In this document: positions 9,681 to 18,623 of the stretch, piece after piece | Layout: every line of letters starts with the position of its first letter | Position numbering within the stretch: position 1 is the first letter of the stretch | IMG/VR virus record: IMGVR_UViG_2883068021_000001 | Location: 20,620-84,619 of that record | DNA from: a virus | Taxonomy: Duplodnaviria; Caudoviricetes | Strand: one strand, 5' to 3' | Length of the DNA stretch: 64,000 nucleotides | Notes under the pieces: model-generated | Seen by the model: the letters and a program-made list of their open reading frames with translations, nothing else | Database searches by the model: none | What the model was told of the DNA's origin: nothing | Position numbers and translations under genes: made by a program

Positions 9681-10841
9681 TTAAGAAAAATCGTTTTGAG
9701 CACTTTCAATGCTGTTCAGCTCTGGCCGTTTATCGGAAACTGGCACAAGCGCAGGTTTACCGGGCGGTTTGTCGATGAGATCGGACAGTAGCACCGAAAA
9801 CGCTTTCTTCCCGATGGCTTTCTCCATGGCGGTGATGCTGAGTAAAGTTTGAGGCTCGTATATCTGCGTGTCGGAGAAGCCACCAGCCTTCAGCGCATCC
9901 GCAGCTTTTTCCCTGTCGGAATACACCCGATTGCTGCGGCCCTCTACCAGCTTATAACCAGGCCAGCGTTTGCCTTTCTGGACAGCCGATTCGAGCGCAA
10001 ACTCTTCCACAGCAGTGAGCCATTTCTGGAACTGGTCGGCGCGGGAAAGGATGTCCGCCACCTCCTGGTCAGAGAGCAAATGCCCGTCACGGAAATCGTA
10101 TTGGGCGATTTCGAGGTTCTTTTCCGCATTGGCCCGGCATACCGCTTTACCGCGGCAAAAGTGGCAGTGCTCTCCGGGAACGAACTCGCCCTTTCCCTCA
10201 AAAGCGAGTTTCGCACGAGGTTTCACCACCTCTTCGGCCCATTTGCGCAGTTCGGTAGTCGGCAACTCCCAATCAGAGATGTTATCGCGCCTCGGCTGAT
10301 ATATGGTCATCTCAACGACATCTATGTCGTAAAGGATTCCATACTTTCGGATAGCCCCCAGCGCATATAACATCATTTGTTCGTTACGTTCCGCCGACAC
10401 TAACACGCCCTTACCATACTTCAAATCGATGTTCCGCATGCGGCCGTCGCCGATAATGGTGACGTCGCCGGTGCCGAAGCCTTCAGGAACATACTCCGTC
10501 ATATCCAACTTAACCTCGATGAAAATAGCTGCATCAGGGGTCGCCGCCTGGATAGTCTCAAAAGTCTCAACCACGTAGGCCACATAGTCTTCCATGTAGA
10601 CCTGCATGGCGTCATCGTACAATGGCGAGAGCTTACATTCCTTCAGGATAGCAGCAGATTCTGTAGTAGAGATGAGCCCGTATTTCTCCTTTAGCATCGT
10701 CTCAGCGAGCAGGTGAGCGAGGGTACCCCGTTTTGCCTCTATACCGGCTCTATCCTCGAATTGAGCTTCCAAATGAGCGGAGAGAGTGCATGCGATCCAT
10801 CTTTTAGCACTGGAGGGAGGGAGGAATGCATGAGAACTCAT
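9681..10841 (-). CDS. DUF2800 PD-(D/E)xK (Cas4-like) phage nuclease
   Basis: HAFLPPSSAKRW, FGTGD, DLKYGKG, PGEHCHFC...C, KLVEGRSNR. Confidence 0.9.
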   Translation of the reverse strand: MSSHAFLPPSSAKRWIACTLSAHLEAQFEDRAGIEAKRGTLAHLLAETMLKEKYGLISTTESAAILKECKLSPLYDDAMQVYMEDYVAYVVETFETIQAATPDAAIFIEVKLDMTEYVPEGFGTGDVTIIGDGRMRNIDLKYGKGVLVSAERNEQMMLYALGAIRKYGILYDIDVVEMTIYQPRRDNISDWELPTTELRKWAEEVVKPRAKLAFEGKGEFVPGEHCHFCRGKAVCRANAEKNLEIAQYDFRDGHLLSDQEVADILSRADQFQKWLTAVEEFALESAVQKGKRWPGYKLVEGRSNRVYSDREKAADALKAGGFSDTQIYEPQTLLSITAMEKAIGKKAFSVLLSDLIDKPPGKPALVPVSDKRPELNSIESAQNDFS

Positions 10842-11227
10842 AACTTATCCAGTTCGGCCATGAATGCGGAGTAATCAGCCTTTTCCAGCGCGGTGAGTCG
10901 ATTTGCACCGAATTTCTCCAGCGTCTCTTTAACCTGGTCCTGTTTGCCTTCATCGATCTTAGCTTTGGAGGCTTTCCTGACATCCTCAAGCGAGAGAGTT
11001 TTGCCTTCTGTTTCAACAGCAGCGGGTGCTAGTGTCTGTTTCTCGGCAACGTTGCCGGATGATAAAGGTGCTGCAACCTTTGAGGTTGTTGGGGCGGCTA
11101 AAGCCTTAGCAGAATCGCCAGATTTGACACCGGGCGCGCACGAGCTGTCTGCCAGGGCCGAAAAGACCAAAGCCAGCTTTTCAAAATCTGCCGCTTTATC
11201 AGCGGTCAAAGTCATACTGATGTTCAT
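10838..11227 (-). CDS. Hypothetical phage protein (low-complexity linker plus C-terminal helical domain)
   Basis: Likely start MNISMTL at 11227; C-terminal LSLEDVR...LEKFGANRLT; usual position upstream of DUF2800. Confidence 0.6.
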   Translation of the reverse strand: MNISMTLTADKAADFEKLALVFSALADSSCAPGVKSGDSAKALAAPTTSKVAAPLSSGNVAEKQTLAPAAVETEGKTLSLEDVRKASKAKIDEGKQDQVKETLEKFGANRLTALEKADYSAFMAELDKL

Positions 11228-11229
11228 AC

Positions 11230-11490
11230 CTATATTGCTTTTTTGATGTTTACGTTTGACGATGCACCAGATCGCAGTGCAGATAAGGGCGAGAGTGAAA
11301 ACTGCACCTGCAATTTCGACCAGTGCAGTACTTCGATTTCTTCGGACACGTCCGGCATAATGATGATTTCGTACGGCGGTTCGAATTCTTCCGAAATCCT
11401 TGACAAGATGCGCCTGCGATCGTCGATGAAGCTGTACCGTTCCTGGAACCACACGCGGCCGGACGCCACTATCGTTATTACTCCGGTCAT
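11230..11490 (-). CDS. Hypothetical phage protein
   Basis: MTGVITIVASGRVWF..., 86 aa, packed between its neighbours. Confidence 0.5.
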   Translation of the reverse strand: MTGVITIVASGRVWFQERYSFIDDRRRILSRISEEFEPPYEIIIMPDVSEEIEVLHWSKLQVQFSLSPLSALRSGASSNVNIKKAI

Positions 11491-11501
11491 GCGATGGTTC
11501 T

Positions 11502-11675
11502 TTAAAGACCTTCCGCATTGCGGCATACAGGACAATGAACATCGTCATCGTCACAATGTGAGCAAAAAGTGGTGTCATCTCCCAGGGCTTTAAAAAGTTT
11601 ACCGAGAAAGTAAGCGAACAGACACAGTAGTGCCAGGCACAGCATACCGCCGAGTACGAGTGTGATCGGGCTCAT
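11502..11675 (-). CDS. 57-aa membrane protein with C-terminal CxxC-x6-CxxC (not in ORF track)
   Basis: Manual translation MSPITLVLGGMLCLALLCLFAYFLGKLFKALGDDTTFCSHCDDDDVHCPVCRNAEGL*; ATGA overlap with the upstream ORF. Confidence 0.55.
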   Translation of the reverse strand: MSPITLVLGGMLCLALLCLFAYFLGKLFKALGDDTTFCSHCDDDDVHCPVCRNAEGL

Positions 11676-11770
11676 GATTTACCGGTTTTATTGTACAGGT
11701 AAAAAGCGATGGTGCAAAGCAGGTAGTAAGCCGCAATTATGGCCCCTGCGAGGATGGTATTGTTGTCCAT
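11672..11770 (-). CDS. 32-aa single-TM peptide (not in ORF track)
   Basis: Manual translation MDNNTILAGAIIAAYYLLCTIAFYLYNKTGKS*. Confidence 0.45.
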   Translation of the reverse strand: MDNNTILAGAIIAAYYLLCTIAFYLYNKTGKS

Positions 11771-11843
11771 AGTTTATTGAATTAAAAGGGTGAGAAAATT
11801 CCAGATTTAGAAAAACCCGGACTACTCTTCCAATGTTTCACAT

Positions 11844-12689
11844 TCAAATCGCGTCTGCAATCAGTTCCAGTTCCTTTTTATCGCTCAGTTTGTACCATTT
11901 CCCTGACTCAATGCCGTTCTCGCCGGCGTAGCCAACAACGTGACGGTTGCGGGTACCATCCCAGTAAGTCAGGATCAGCGCCCCGTTTTCTCCGCAACAT
12001 GCTCTTCCGTTAAGCCCGAGTACTACAGCGTGCCCGCCATAGCCAGCAGCGGATGCGTGCCCGCCATAGCCAGCAGCGGATGCGTGCCCGCCATAGCCAG
12101 CAGCGGATGCGTGCCCGCCATCGCCAGCAGCGGATGCGTGCCCGCCATCGCCAGCAGCGGATGCGTGCCCGCCATAGCCAGCAGCGGATGCGTGCCCGTA
12201 CTTGCCAGCAGCGGATGCGTGCCCGCCATCGCCAGCAGCGGATGCTGAGGCTTTAAATTCAGTGGTCACTACACTGACACCTTCTTCGTCAGAATATTTT
12301 GCGGTAGGGTCCTGCACTACTTGGAGGCGCAACTCGGCGGCATGCTTCAGCCAGAAATACTTCATAACGAAATCATACGCCAGGCGGAATGTACCGGTTA
12401 CAAGAACAGTGCAGGCGGGGAACTTGACCTTACCGCTCAATTCGCGGATATCCTTCTCGTCTACTTCCAGTGCAAGCCATTTTGCCTGCGGACTTTTAAA
12501 TTTGAGGTCAAAATTACCTTGTGCCCAGAGCCAGCCATGTAGCCCATTGCCACATTCGGTGTTGTCTTTCCAGTCAGGACAGGTAACGGGGCCGGATTCA
12601 GGCCATTTGAAGCCTCCGTGGCTGGTCATATCCGGCTCACATGAACGCAATACGAGGACTTTCCCCGTGGGAAGAGTGTAATTTTCCAT
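11844..12689 (-). CDS. Phage protein with Gly/Ala 9-aa repeats (DUF7666-like N-terminus)
   Basis: CGNGLHG motif; 8 x ASAAG(D/Y/K)(G/Y)GH; C-terminal VVGYAGENGIESGKWY. Confidence 0.75.
   Translation of the reverse strand: MENYTLPTGKVLVLRSCEPDMTSHGGFKWPESGPVTCPDWKDNTECGNGLHGWLWAQGNFDLKFKSPQAKWLALEVDEKDIRELSGKVKFPACTVLVTGTFRLAYDFVMKYFWLKHAAELRLQVVQDPTAKYSDEEGVSVVTTEFKASASAAGDGGHASAAGKYGHASAAGYGGHASAAGDGGHASAAGDGGHASAAGYGGHASAAGYGGHASAAGYGGHAVVLGLNGRACCGENGALILTYWDGTRNRHVVGYAGENGIESGKWYKLSDKKELELIADAI
12028..12243. repeat. 27-bp tandem repeat, 8 units
   Basis: Unit gcgtgcccgccat(a/c)gccagcagcggat read directly; one unit carries gtactt. Confidence 0.97.
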
Positions 12690-12737
12690 AATTGTATTGG
12701 TAAAATTTGTGTTATGAATTACCTCCGGAAGAGGCGG

Positions 12738-13025
12738 TTATACCTGTTTAAGTTGTTCCTGTAAAAGATTGATGCACATCTGATCGCTGAGCTCGTCGCG
12801 GAGGAAGGATTGGAGATCCGTCCAGTATTTGAAGCCGTCGATCAACACTGCTACATCCGCGCCGTTATGCTGGTGGTAATCGCAGATGTAACCGGCTTGC
12901 AGTAACAATTCCAGCAACTCCCCGTTCTCCAATTCGCGATCCTCCTGCGGAATGCAGTCGCGATCCCAGGCGATGAAAAGGCCGAGACCATCGGCGCCGA
13001 CGATATAATCGATGATGTGGATCAT
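12738..13025 (-). CDS. Hypothetical phage early protein
   Basis: 95-aa ORF with a 4-bp overlap upstream. Confidence 0.6.
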   Translation of the reverse strand: MIHIIDYIVGADGLGLFIAWDRDCIPQEDRELENGELLELLLQAGYICDYHQHNGADVAVLIDGFKYWTDLQSFLRDELSDQMCINLLQEQLKQV

Positions 13026-13237
13026 GCTTTCTTGGTTTTAGGGGTGCGCAAGTGGTCTGGCTTCAGTCTGCCACAGAGAATGCGCGTTTTAAGATCGACC
13101 ACCCGAGCCTGCCTTTTATTCTGCCGCCGGGCGGGTGAGGCGGATTTCTCCGCCCGCACCTCTTCCAGCAGCCAGTCAGCGATCTTCCGGAGCGCCAATA
13201 AGTTTTGTTCAAGTTTGTCGATACGTTCGGGGCTCAT
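13022..13237 (-). CDS. Hypothetical phage early protein
   Basis: 71-aa basic ORF following the cro-like gene. Confidence 0.6.
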   Translation of the reverse strand: MSPERIDKLEQNLLALRKIADWLLEEVRAEKSASPARRQNKRQARVVDLKTRILCGRLKPDHLRTPKTKKA

Positions 13238-13249
13238 GGCGAGGGTAGT

Positions 13250-13456
13250 TTAAAGGTTATCGATTTCCGCGGCCTGTTGTGCTACGATCTTCCTTGCCTC
13301 CCTCACCACAACCTTTAAAGCGGTATGATCCCGGCGCCGGTCGCCCAGCGATTCCGACACCGAAGCGGGTCTCAGGCCATGCTGGCGGCAGATATCCGCC
13401 ACGTTCACCTGCTTCAACAATTCCTTTATTTCTTCTTTCTTATCTGCCGGAATCAT
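13250..13456 (-). CDS. Cro-like HTH regulator
   Basis: VADICRQHGLRPASVSESL HTH-like pattern; first gene of the leftward operon, divergent from the repressor. Confidence 0.6.
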   Translation of the reverse strand: MIPADKKEEIKELLKQVNVADICRQHGLRPASVSESLGDRRRDHTALKVVVREARKIVAQQAAEIDNL

Positions 13457-13517
13457 ACGTATTACGATTTTTGCGTACTTTCACGTGTAATTTTTCAGTA
13501 ACCACAGTGTAACTTTG

Positions 13518-13613
13518 CTGTGCGATTACAGTACAAATCTATGTGCGATTATCGAACATTCCAAGAGATAAATGTTCGATTGTAAAACTTTCGATGTTAT
13601 TCAATCGAACATA
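13518..13613. promoter_or_regulatory. Four operator-like 19-mers, consensus ATGT(T/G)CGAT-N-ATCGAACAT
   Basis: CTGTGCGATTACAGTACAA (13518), ATGTGCGATTATCGAACAT (13541), ATGTTCGATTGTAAAACTT (13573), ATGTTATTCAATCGAACAT (13595). Confidence 0.6.
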
Positions 13614-13624
13614 ATTTTTATTAA

Positions 13625-14005
13625 ATGGATTTCAAAATAGAGCTTCAAAAGCTGGTAGATATTGTAAAAAATAACAGCAAAATGGCCGGTGCGCCTTTAA
13701 CCAACGAAGCAATTGCGAAACGGTTAGGGTATACCAGAACACACTTTTCCACCTTATTGGGCTCTAACGGGAAAGTATATCAGGAACATCTAGATAACTT
13801 TAAAGCTCATTTTCGCACTGAACTGGTTGGAATAGGGAAGCCCGCTTTACCTGGAGACGAACTTAACCGGGAGCGTGCTCTGTTGAAGGTGCTGGTTCAG
13901 CGGGTGGCGAAACAGGAAGCGGAGCGCCTGGGGATTTCGGTGGAAAAGGCGCTGGAGGAAATTGAGCGAGATACCATGATAGCATGGCGGGATTTGGAGA
14001 AATAG
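13625..14005 (+). CDS. CI-like HTH repressor
   Basis: LTNEAIAKRLGYTRTHFSTLL HTH; divergent from the cro-like gene; no S24 peptidase domain seen. Confidence 0.7.
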   Translation: MDFKIELQKLVDIVKNNSKMAGAPLTNEAIAKRLGYTRTHFSTLLGSNGKVYQEHLDNFKAHFRTELVGIGKPALPGDELNRERALLKVLVQRVAKQEAERLGISVEKALEEIERDTMIAWRDLEK

Positions 14006-14143
14006 CTGCGCCCGGCCCCAGTCTTCTTTTCTTGCGGCTCATGTCGTACAGTTTTGGAGGTTAACTCAGTTAATAGGTAGTAGGTTCAACAAACATAATA
14101 CCGCAGTACGCATTGTATATGCGCATTATAAATAAAGAATACC

Positions 14144-14698
14144 ATGAAGTACATCTCATTTACTGTTTGTTTTAGTTTGATATTATTTTCAGCATGTGCG
14201 CCTGGAGGAAAAATAATTAAACAGAATTACCCCAGTCCGTTTGAATTCTCAATTACCGAATCTTCAGCAGATAAAAAGGATGAATTATTTGTTCGCGCAT
14301 TTGAGTGGGTTTCGAAATCTTACGGATCCGCTAAAGCAGTTGTTGATATGCACGATAAAGAAGCAGGTAAGATTATTGGAAAAGCAATGATGTCATTTCC
14401 TAAAAACCCTTTTGGAAATATAGCTTATGTAATGTCTATTGATGTTCGAGATGGTAAGTACCGAATGGTATTGTCAGATTTTAGGCATTCCGGAAGAGAA
14501 CTGACATCCGCATATGGACCATCTACAGGAACCGAATATGGTGATTTGAACCAGCAAGTTTTCATGAGGAGATTTGCTGGCGACGCGAAAAAAACTGAAG
14601 ACAAAGTATTCTATAGTGTGAAAAACTACGCTATGACGGAGGCCCAAGCCATTCTTACTACGTTCAGCGAGAAGATGAAAACTAAAGACTCTTTCTAG
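14144..14698 (+). CDS. Lipoprotein, DUF4468-like (prophage moron)
   Basis: Lipobox LFSAC; KKDELF.RAFEW..KSY.SAKAVV...DKEAGKIIGK. Confidence 0.7.
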   Translation: MKYISFTVCFSLILFSACAPGGKIIKQNYPSPFEFSITESSADKKDELFVRAFEWVSKSYGSAKAVVDMHDKEAGKIIGKAMMSFPKNPFGNIAYVMSIDVRDGKYRMVLSDFRHSGRELTSAYGPSTGTEYGDLNQQVFMRRFAGDAKKTEDKVFYSVKNYAMTEAQAILTTFSEKMKTKDSF

Positions 14699-14752
14699 CC
14701 TATAGCATTTACTTAAAAAAACTTATTGTAAAAGAACAGCCTCGCCATCACT

Positions 14753-15241
14753 ATGAAAAAAGCACTTATTTTGTTCCTGTTTATTGCTCCGACAGTTGCT
14801 TTTGCTCAAACGAAAGCCGTTGGGTTGTCTGCTGGTTTCCATAGCGAGAAATGCTTAAATGTAGACCTCTTTTTTAAACTTAATAAGAGCAGGTTTCATA
14901 TTGGCGCCACTTATCAGTTTACTGACAAAGAAGGAAAGGCCGATAGGACTGAAAACCGGGTTTATCCTCCGGGCTACTCAGACATAAAAGATTTCTTTTA
15001 TACAATTGATTTGGGATACAGCAGATATGTTTGGAAGGGGCTGAATCTACAAATTGTTGCCAGCGGCGGCGAAAAATATGACTACGTGAATCAAGGTGCC
15101 TCACACCACGTTTTTAATGAGAAAGCAACATTTGGCGGCGGCGGATATGTTGGCTATCAATACAAGACGATCGAAGTTTTTGCAGGAGGACATTCGTTGA
15201 GAGGCGTTGGCGGCGGAATAAGATTGAATTTTGGTCTATAA
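14753..15241 (+). CDS. Small outer-membrane beta-barrel protein (prophage moron)
   Basis: Signal peptide ending AFA; alternating Gly/aromatic strands; C-terminal GIRLNFGL. Confidence 0.6.
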   Translation: MKKALILFLFIAPTVAFAQTKAVGLSAGFHSEKCLNVDLFFKLNKSRFHIGATYQFTDKEGKADRTENRVYPPGYSDIKDFFYTIDLGYSRYVWKGLNLQIVASGGEKYDYVNQGASHHVFNEKATFGGGGYVGYQYKTIEVFAGGHSLRGVGGGIRLNFGL

Positions 15242-15400
15242 TTCCCGAAAATGAGAATTGATAGCGCAAACAAGTTTGCGGCACTCTACGTAAAAGTCTA
15301 CGCAAGCCCACAAAACCACATTCATATTAAATAATCAGCGTTTCGTAAATATCAGAAAACCAAGCGATAACACTTTTGGAGGGCTGGAGTAAGAAAATCA

Positions 15401-15426
15401 AGGGTTCGAATCCCTTCTCCTCCGCA
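15401..15426 (+). other. tRNA 3' fragment (probably tRNA-Ser): prophage attR and left end of the next island
   Basis: T-arm AAGGG-TTCGAAT-CCCTT plus acceptor strand CTCCTCC and discriminator G; no D or anticodon arm upstream; Ser identity is inferred. Confidence 0.7.
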
Positions 15427-15468
15427 AGCTTTAAATGCTCATTGACTTCGGTCTTTGGGCATTTTTTG
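15410..15468 (+). repeat. 59-bp direct repeat, copy 1 (attL-like)
   Basis: Identical to 28740-28798; includes the tRNA 3' end and a hairpin followed by a T-tract. Confidence 0.95.
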
Positions 15469-15716
15469 TTTTGGGGGAGTTGCAACCCTTTCCTGTATTA
15501 ACTTCTACAGGTTTTACAGATATAGAATTAAGTAAAAAAGTTATGTGGGCGAACTGAAGAAACAACCTGTTTTTTATAACAGAAGGTATCACTGAAGGTA
15601 GCAGTACATTTCTTTGTAGGTAGCAGTAAAAGCACCTTTAATAACATCTATATCAACCCATTACACATTTACTACTTTTAGCCATGCCTTCCTGGAAGGA
15701 GCGTAAAAACTTCTAC

Positions 15717-16961
15717 ATGGAAAGCAATAGAATCTTCGTCAGTTTCTTTCTCTACAAATCCAGGCAGACGCAAAAGGGAGGCATTCCCATCTTTGCCAGG
15801 ATCACCCATGAAGGGAAAAGGCTCAACCACAATACAGGCTTATTCATCGAAGAAAAATCATGGGATGCGAAGAAGTACCAGGTAAAAGGCAACAAGCCTG
15901 AAGCCCAGGAAATGAATAAACTTTTAGCATCCCTCAGAACTAAAATCCTCTCCATTTACAATTCTCTGCTGGAGCAGGAAACACCCATTTCCCTCGATCT
16001 GATAAAACACAGATTGGCTGGTGCTGATATTGAAAGGAAAACCCTACTGGAAGCCCTAACCTACCACAATGACCTTCTGGCAAAGGGAACAGGGATCAAG
16101 AACGCCAAAGCCACCAATACGAAATACAAGACTTTGGAGCGCAAGGTCAGGAGCTATATCATCCATCAGTATAAACGAAAGGATATTTTCCTGAAGGAGC
16201 TGAATCATCAGTTTGTAGTGAATTTTGAGATTTACCTCAAAACAGTGGAGTTGATTAGCCACAACCCCACCATCAAATATATCCAGTTCCTGAAAAAGAT
16301 CACCAACATGGCCATTGCTCATGGCTGGCTGGATAATAATCCTTTCAGGAATTTTAAATGCTCCTTAAAGCTCGTGGAAAGAGGATTTCTCACCCTGGAT
16401 GAACTTCAGAAACTGGAGAATAAAATTATTCCCAATCTCAGGCTGGCCAGGATTAAGGATATTTTTCTTTTCTCCTGCTACACTGGGTTGGCCTATGCAG
16501 ATGTGAAGCAACTGAAGCCCTCACACATCATCATTGGGGTTGATGGTGGGAAATGGGTGAACACCTTCAGGCAAAAGACCAATGTGCGCACTAGCCTACC
16601 CCTCCTACCCCAAGCATTGGCTATTCTTGAAAAGTACCTGGAGTTGCATTCCCTGGAGGGAAAAAGGGATTTCATCTTCCCTATCCCCAGCAATCAGAAG
16701 GTAAATGCATATCTGAAGGAGATTGGGGATTTGTGCGAAATATCCAGGAAACTGACATTCCACCTAGCCAGGCATACCTTTTCTACGACAATTACACTGA
16801 GTAATGGGGTGCCTATTGAAAGTGTGTCGAAGATGTTGGGGCATACCAATTTGAAGACTACTCAGATTTATGCGAAAGTGGTGGATTCGAAGATTAGCCA
16901 GGATATGCAGGCATTAAGGGTGAAATTATCTGATAACTTAAACACATCTACCAATGGATAA
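15717..16961 (+). CDS. Tyrosine site-specific integrase (Bacteroidetes type)
   Basis: N-terminal arm-binding domain; FSCYTGLAYAD; HLARHTF; LGHTNLKTTQIY. Confidence 0.93.
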   Translation: MESNRIFVSFFLYKSRQTQKGGIPIFARITHEGKRLNHNTGLFIEEKSWDAKKYQVKGNKPEAQEMNKLLASLRTKILSIYNSLLEQETPISLDLIKHRLAGADIERKTLLEALTYHNDLLAKGTGIKNAKATNTKYKTLERKVRSYIIHQYKRKDIFLKELNHQFVVNFEIYLKTVELISHNPTIKYIQFLKKITNMAIAHGWLDNNPFRNFKCSLKLVERGFLTLDELQKLENKIIPNLRLARIKDIFLFSCYTGLAYADVKQLKPSHIIIGVDGGKWVNTFRQKTNVRTSLPLLPQALAILEKYLELHSLEGKRDFIFPIPSNQKVNAYLKEIGDLCEISRKLTFHLARHTFSTTITLSNGVPIESVSKMLGHTNLKTTQIYAKVVDSKISQDMQALRVKLSDNLNTSTNG

Positions 16962-17136
16962 AATCATGTTGATCTGGACGATCCTGGTGATGGGGTTTAT
17001 TTGTTGGGGTATAGGAACTTTTATTGCAAAACAAGTCATTCCTAATAAATACTCCTACCTACAAGAGAATCCAATCATTCAGTTTCTTATGGGTTTCGTC
17101 TTCCTTATTATACTGGTATTTTGGTTCAAATTGTAG
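16954..17136 (+). CDS. 60-aa two-TM membrane protein
   Basis: Two hydrophobic segments; overlaps the integrase stop. Confidence 0.55.
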   Translation: MDKIMLIWTILVMGFICWGIGTFIAKQVIPNKYSYLQENPIIQFLMGFVFLIILVFWFKL

Positions 17137-17191
17137 CTGAAATTCAAACTTTTATTAAATTAGGTGTAGGGAAACAAAACCTACACCTATT

Positions 17192-17932
17192 ATGCAACAC
17201 CCCCTACAATACTTTAAAGACCTTATCCTAAGAAACCATATAGCCAAAGAACGAATGAAATTTTTGCTGGGTGCTGAATTCGCCCCAGTTTTAAATAGGG
17301 ATTTCCAAAATGATACGATCGAGTATGCATCTACGAATGCAGTTGACGAAAACTCCCAAGCCAATGTTGAAAAAATATCTTTTACTCAGATTCTGGAAGA
17401 AAGGGTTGCAGGAGGGATGATTAATGCACTTGATCTCATTGACAATGCTATCCTGGGAATAGATGATGAAAAGAAGCAAATCCTCTACCTAAAAACTATC
17501 TATAAAACCCTTAATCCCCTTATTCTTTATGCAGAGCGATTGGACTATGTGAATAAATACATTTTTATCGCCAATTGTCTTAAAGATTTGAAAGCAGAAC
17601 TTATAGATAAATACAATGTTCCTGATGATACTGAAGCACCCAAAAAATTAAACCTATCCTCGTCCCCCCAATCTTCCCACAAATTACAATGGATGGGGAA
17701 ATCCAAAGTCCTTATAACCTTGTTTTATGACTTATATTCAAATGTTGAGAATGGAGGGGAGCCATTGATCAAGGCCACAAAAGAGCAAATAAAAAATTTC
17801 CTCCTCAATAATTTCATTGAAAAAGATGGGCAACCACTCAGCCCTTCATCAATTGATACACTTTTAACCCCTAGCAAAGAAGATAAAAGAGCCTTAAAAG
17901 GAGATAGAATTAATACTTCAAAGCTGAAATAA
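17192..17932 (+). CDS. Hypothetical island protein
   Basis: 246-aa ORF; C-terminal KLQWMG...LFYDL segment suggests a DNA-binding helix bundle. Confidence 0.7.
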   Translation: MQHPLQYFKDLILRNHIAKERMKFLLGAEFAPVLNRDFQNDTIEYASTNAVDENSQANVEKISFTQILEERVAGGMINALDLIDNAILGIDDEKKQILYLKTIYKTLNPLILYAERLDYVNKYIFIANCLKDLKAELIDKYNVPDDTEAPKKLNLSSSPQSSHKLQWMGKSKVLITLFYDLYSNVENGGEPLIKATKEQIKNFLLNNFIEKDGQPLSPSSIDTLLTPSKEDKRALKGDRINTSKLK

Positions 17933-18080
17933 GGAAAACAAAACCCCTTACCACATTACATTTCAACAACTGATTAGTCCTGACAGTACTTGTTCAGGAC
18001 TAAAGGACATAATCCAATTTGGCACCTTTGAATCGAACAAAACAACAAGATATGATTCAAAGGAACAAGCCACCGCCCTT

Positions 18081-18455
18081 ATGTTATATAAAATAGGAAG
18101 AAATAACTCAAATCACTTAAAACAATTTAAAATATACCACATGCGATTCAAAATAAATGCTGCTAAGGATGAAGCAATCTCTCAAATATCAGAATCAGAT
18201 ATCATCATTTTAAATGAGTATACAGGGGAGTATCAAACAGCCGATTTTGACTATATATTCTTACTGATGGATGATACCAAAATCAGTCATTGTACTGTTT
18301 TAATTCCAGAAACTGTGCTTGTATACATTTTGAAGGAGTTGGCTAGTAATGGGCATAGGAACAATATCTATTTCGACAACGCCATATCATCAGAGAAATA
18401 TTCATTTGGAGGAGTGATATATCACTATGCACATATTGAAAGGAAAGTTGCCTAA
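18081..18455 (+). CDS. Hypothetical protein
   Basis: 124-aa ORF (start uncertain) followed by a hairpin terminator. Confidence 0.55.
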   Translation: MLYKIGRNNSNHLKQFKIYHMRFKINAAKDEAISQISESDIIILNEYTGEYQTADFDYIFLLMDDTKISHCTVLIPETVLVYILKELASNGHRNNIYFDNAISSEKYSFGGVIYHYAHIERKVA

Positions 18456-18507
18456 ATATGGCAAAGCCATTCAAAAAAATACATTTAGGTGTGTAAGACA
18501 GTTTGAG

Positions 18508-18536
18508 CAAAGGCAGGACATAGTTCCTGCCTTTTT
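18508..18536. terminator. Probable bidirectional intrinsic terminator
   Basis: AAAGGCAGGA-catagt-TCCTGCCTTTTT between convergent genes. Confidence 0.65.
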
Positions 18537-18623
18537 GCCTTAACAGTAATACAGAATTATAAGTTACTCTCTAATAGGAATAGACGCACGAGAATGATTC
18601 CTGCGCCTGCTGACATTTCCTGG

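Larger units (their letters stand above)
1..15426. mobile_element. Prophage, right end (continues left of the window)
   Basis: Co-oriented minus-strand phage packaging, replication and early genes, a divergent repressor pair, and a tRNA 3' fragment at 15401-15426 as the attR candidate. Confidence 0.9.

Noticed and set aside
691-10370. Many long opposite-strand ORFs over the phage replication genes (e.g. 6861-7724, 946-1530)
   Set aside because: Typical antisense shadows of GC-rich genes, with no recognisable motifs.
9681-10841. Cas4-like nuclease as CRISPR-associated
   Set aside because: It is the usual DUF2800 gene of the DUF2800-DUF2815-PolA phage module.
10838-11578. 246-aa track ORF
   Set aside because: The upstream half overlaps two better ORFs; the likely gene starts at 11227.
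11940-12256. Repetitive plus-strand and alternative-frame ORFs (PAIASSGC, MAGTHPLL, MRARHSQQ)
   Set aside because: They are stop-free shadows of the 27-bp repeat.
15340-15426. A complete tRNA gene at the prophage boundary
   Set aside because: Only the T-arm and 3' acceptor strand are present; the upstream sequence gives no D or anticodon arm.
17974-18003. 10-bp inverted repeat TTAGTCCTGA/TCAGGACTAA as a transposon end or origin
   Set aside because: Single occurrence with no T-tract or transposase; it could be a regulator site, but nothing here supports a call.
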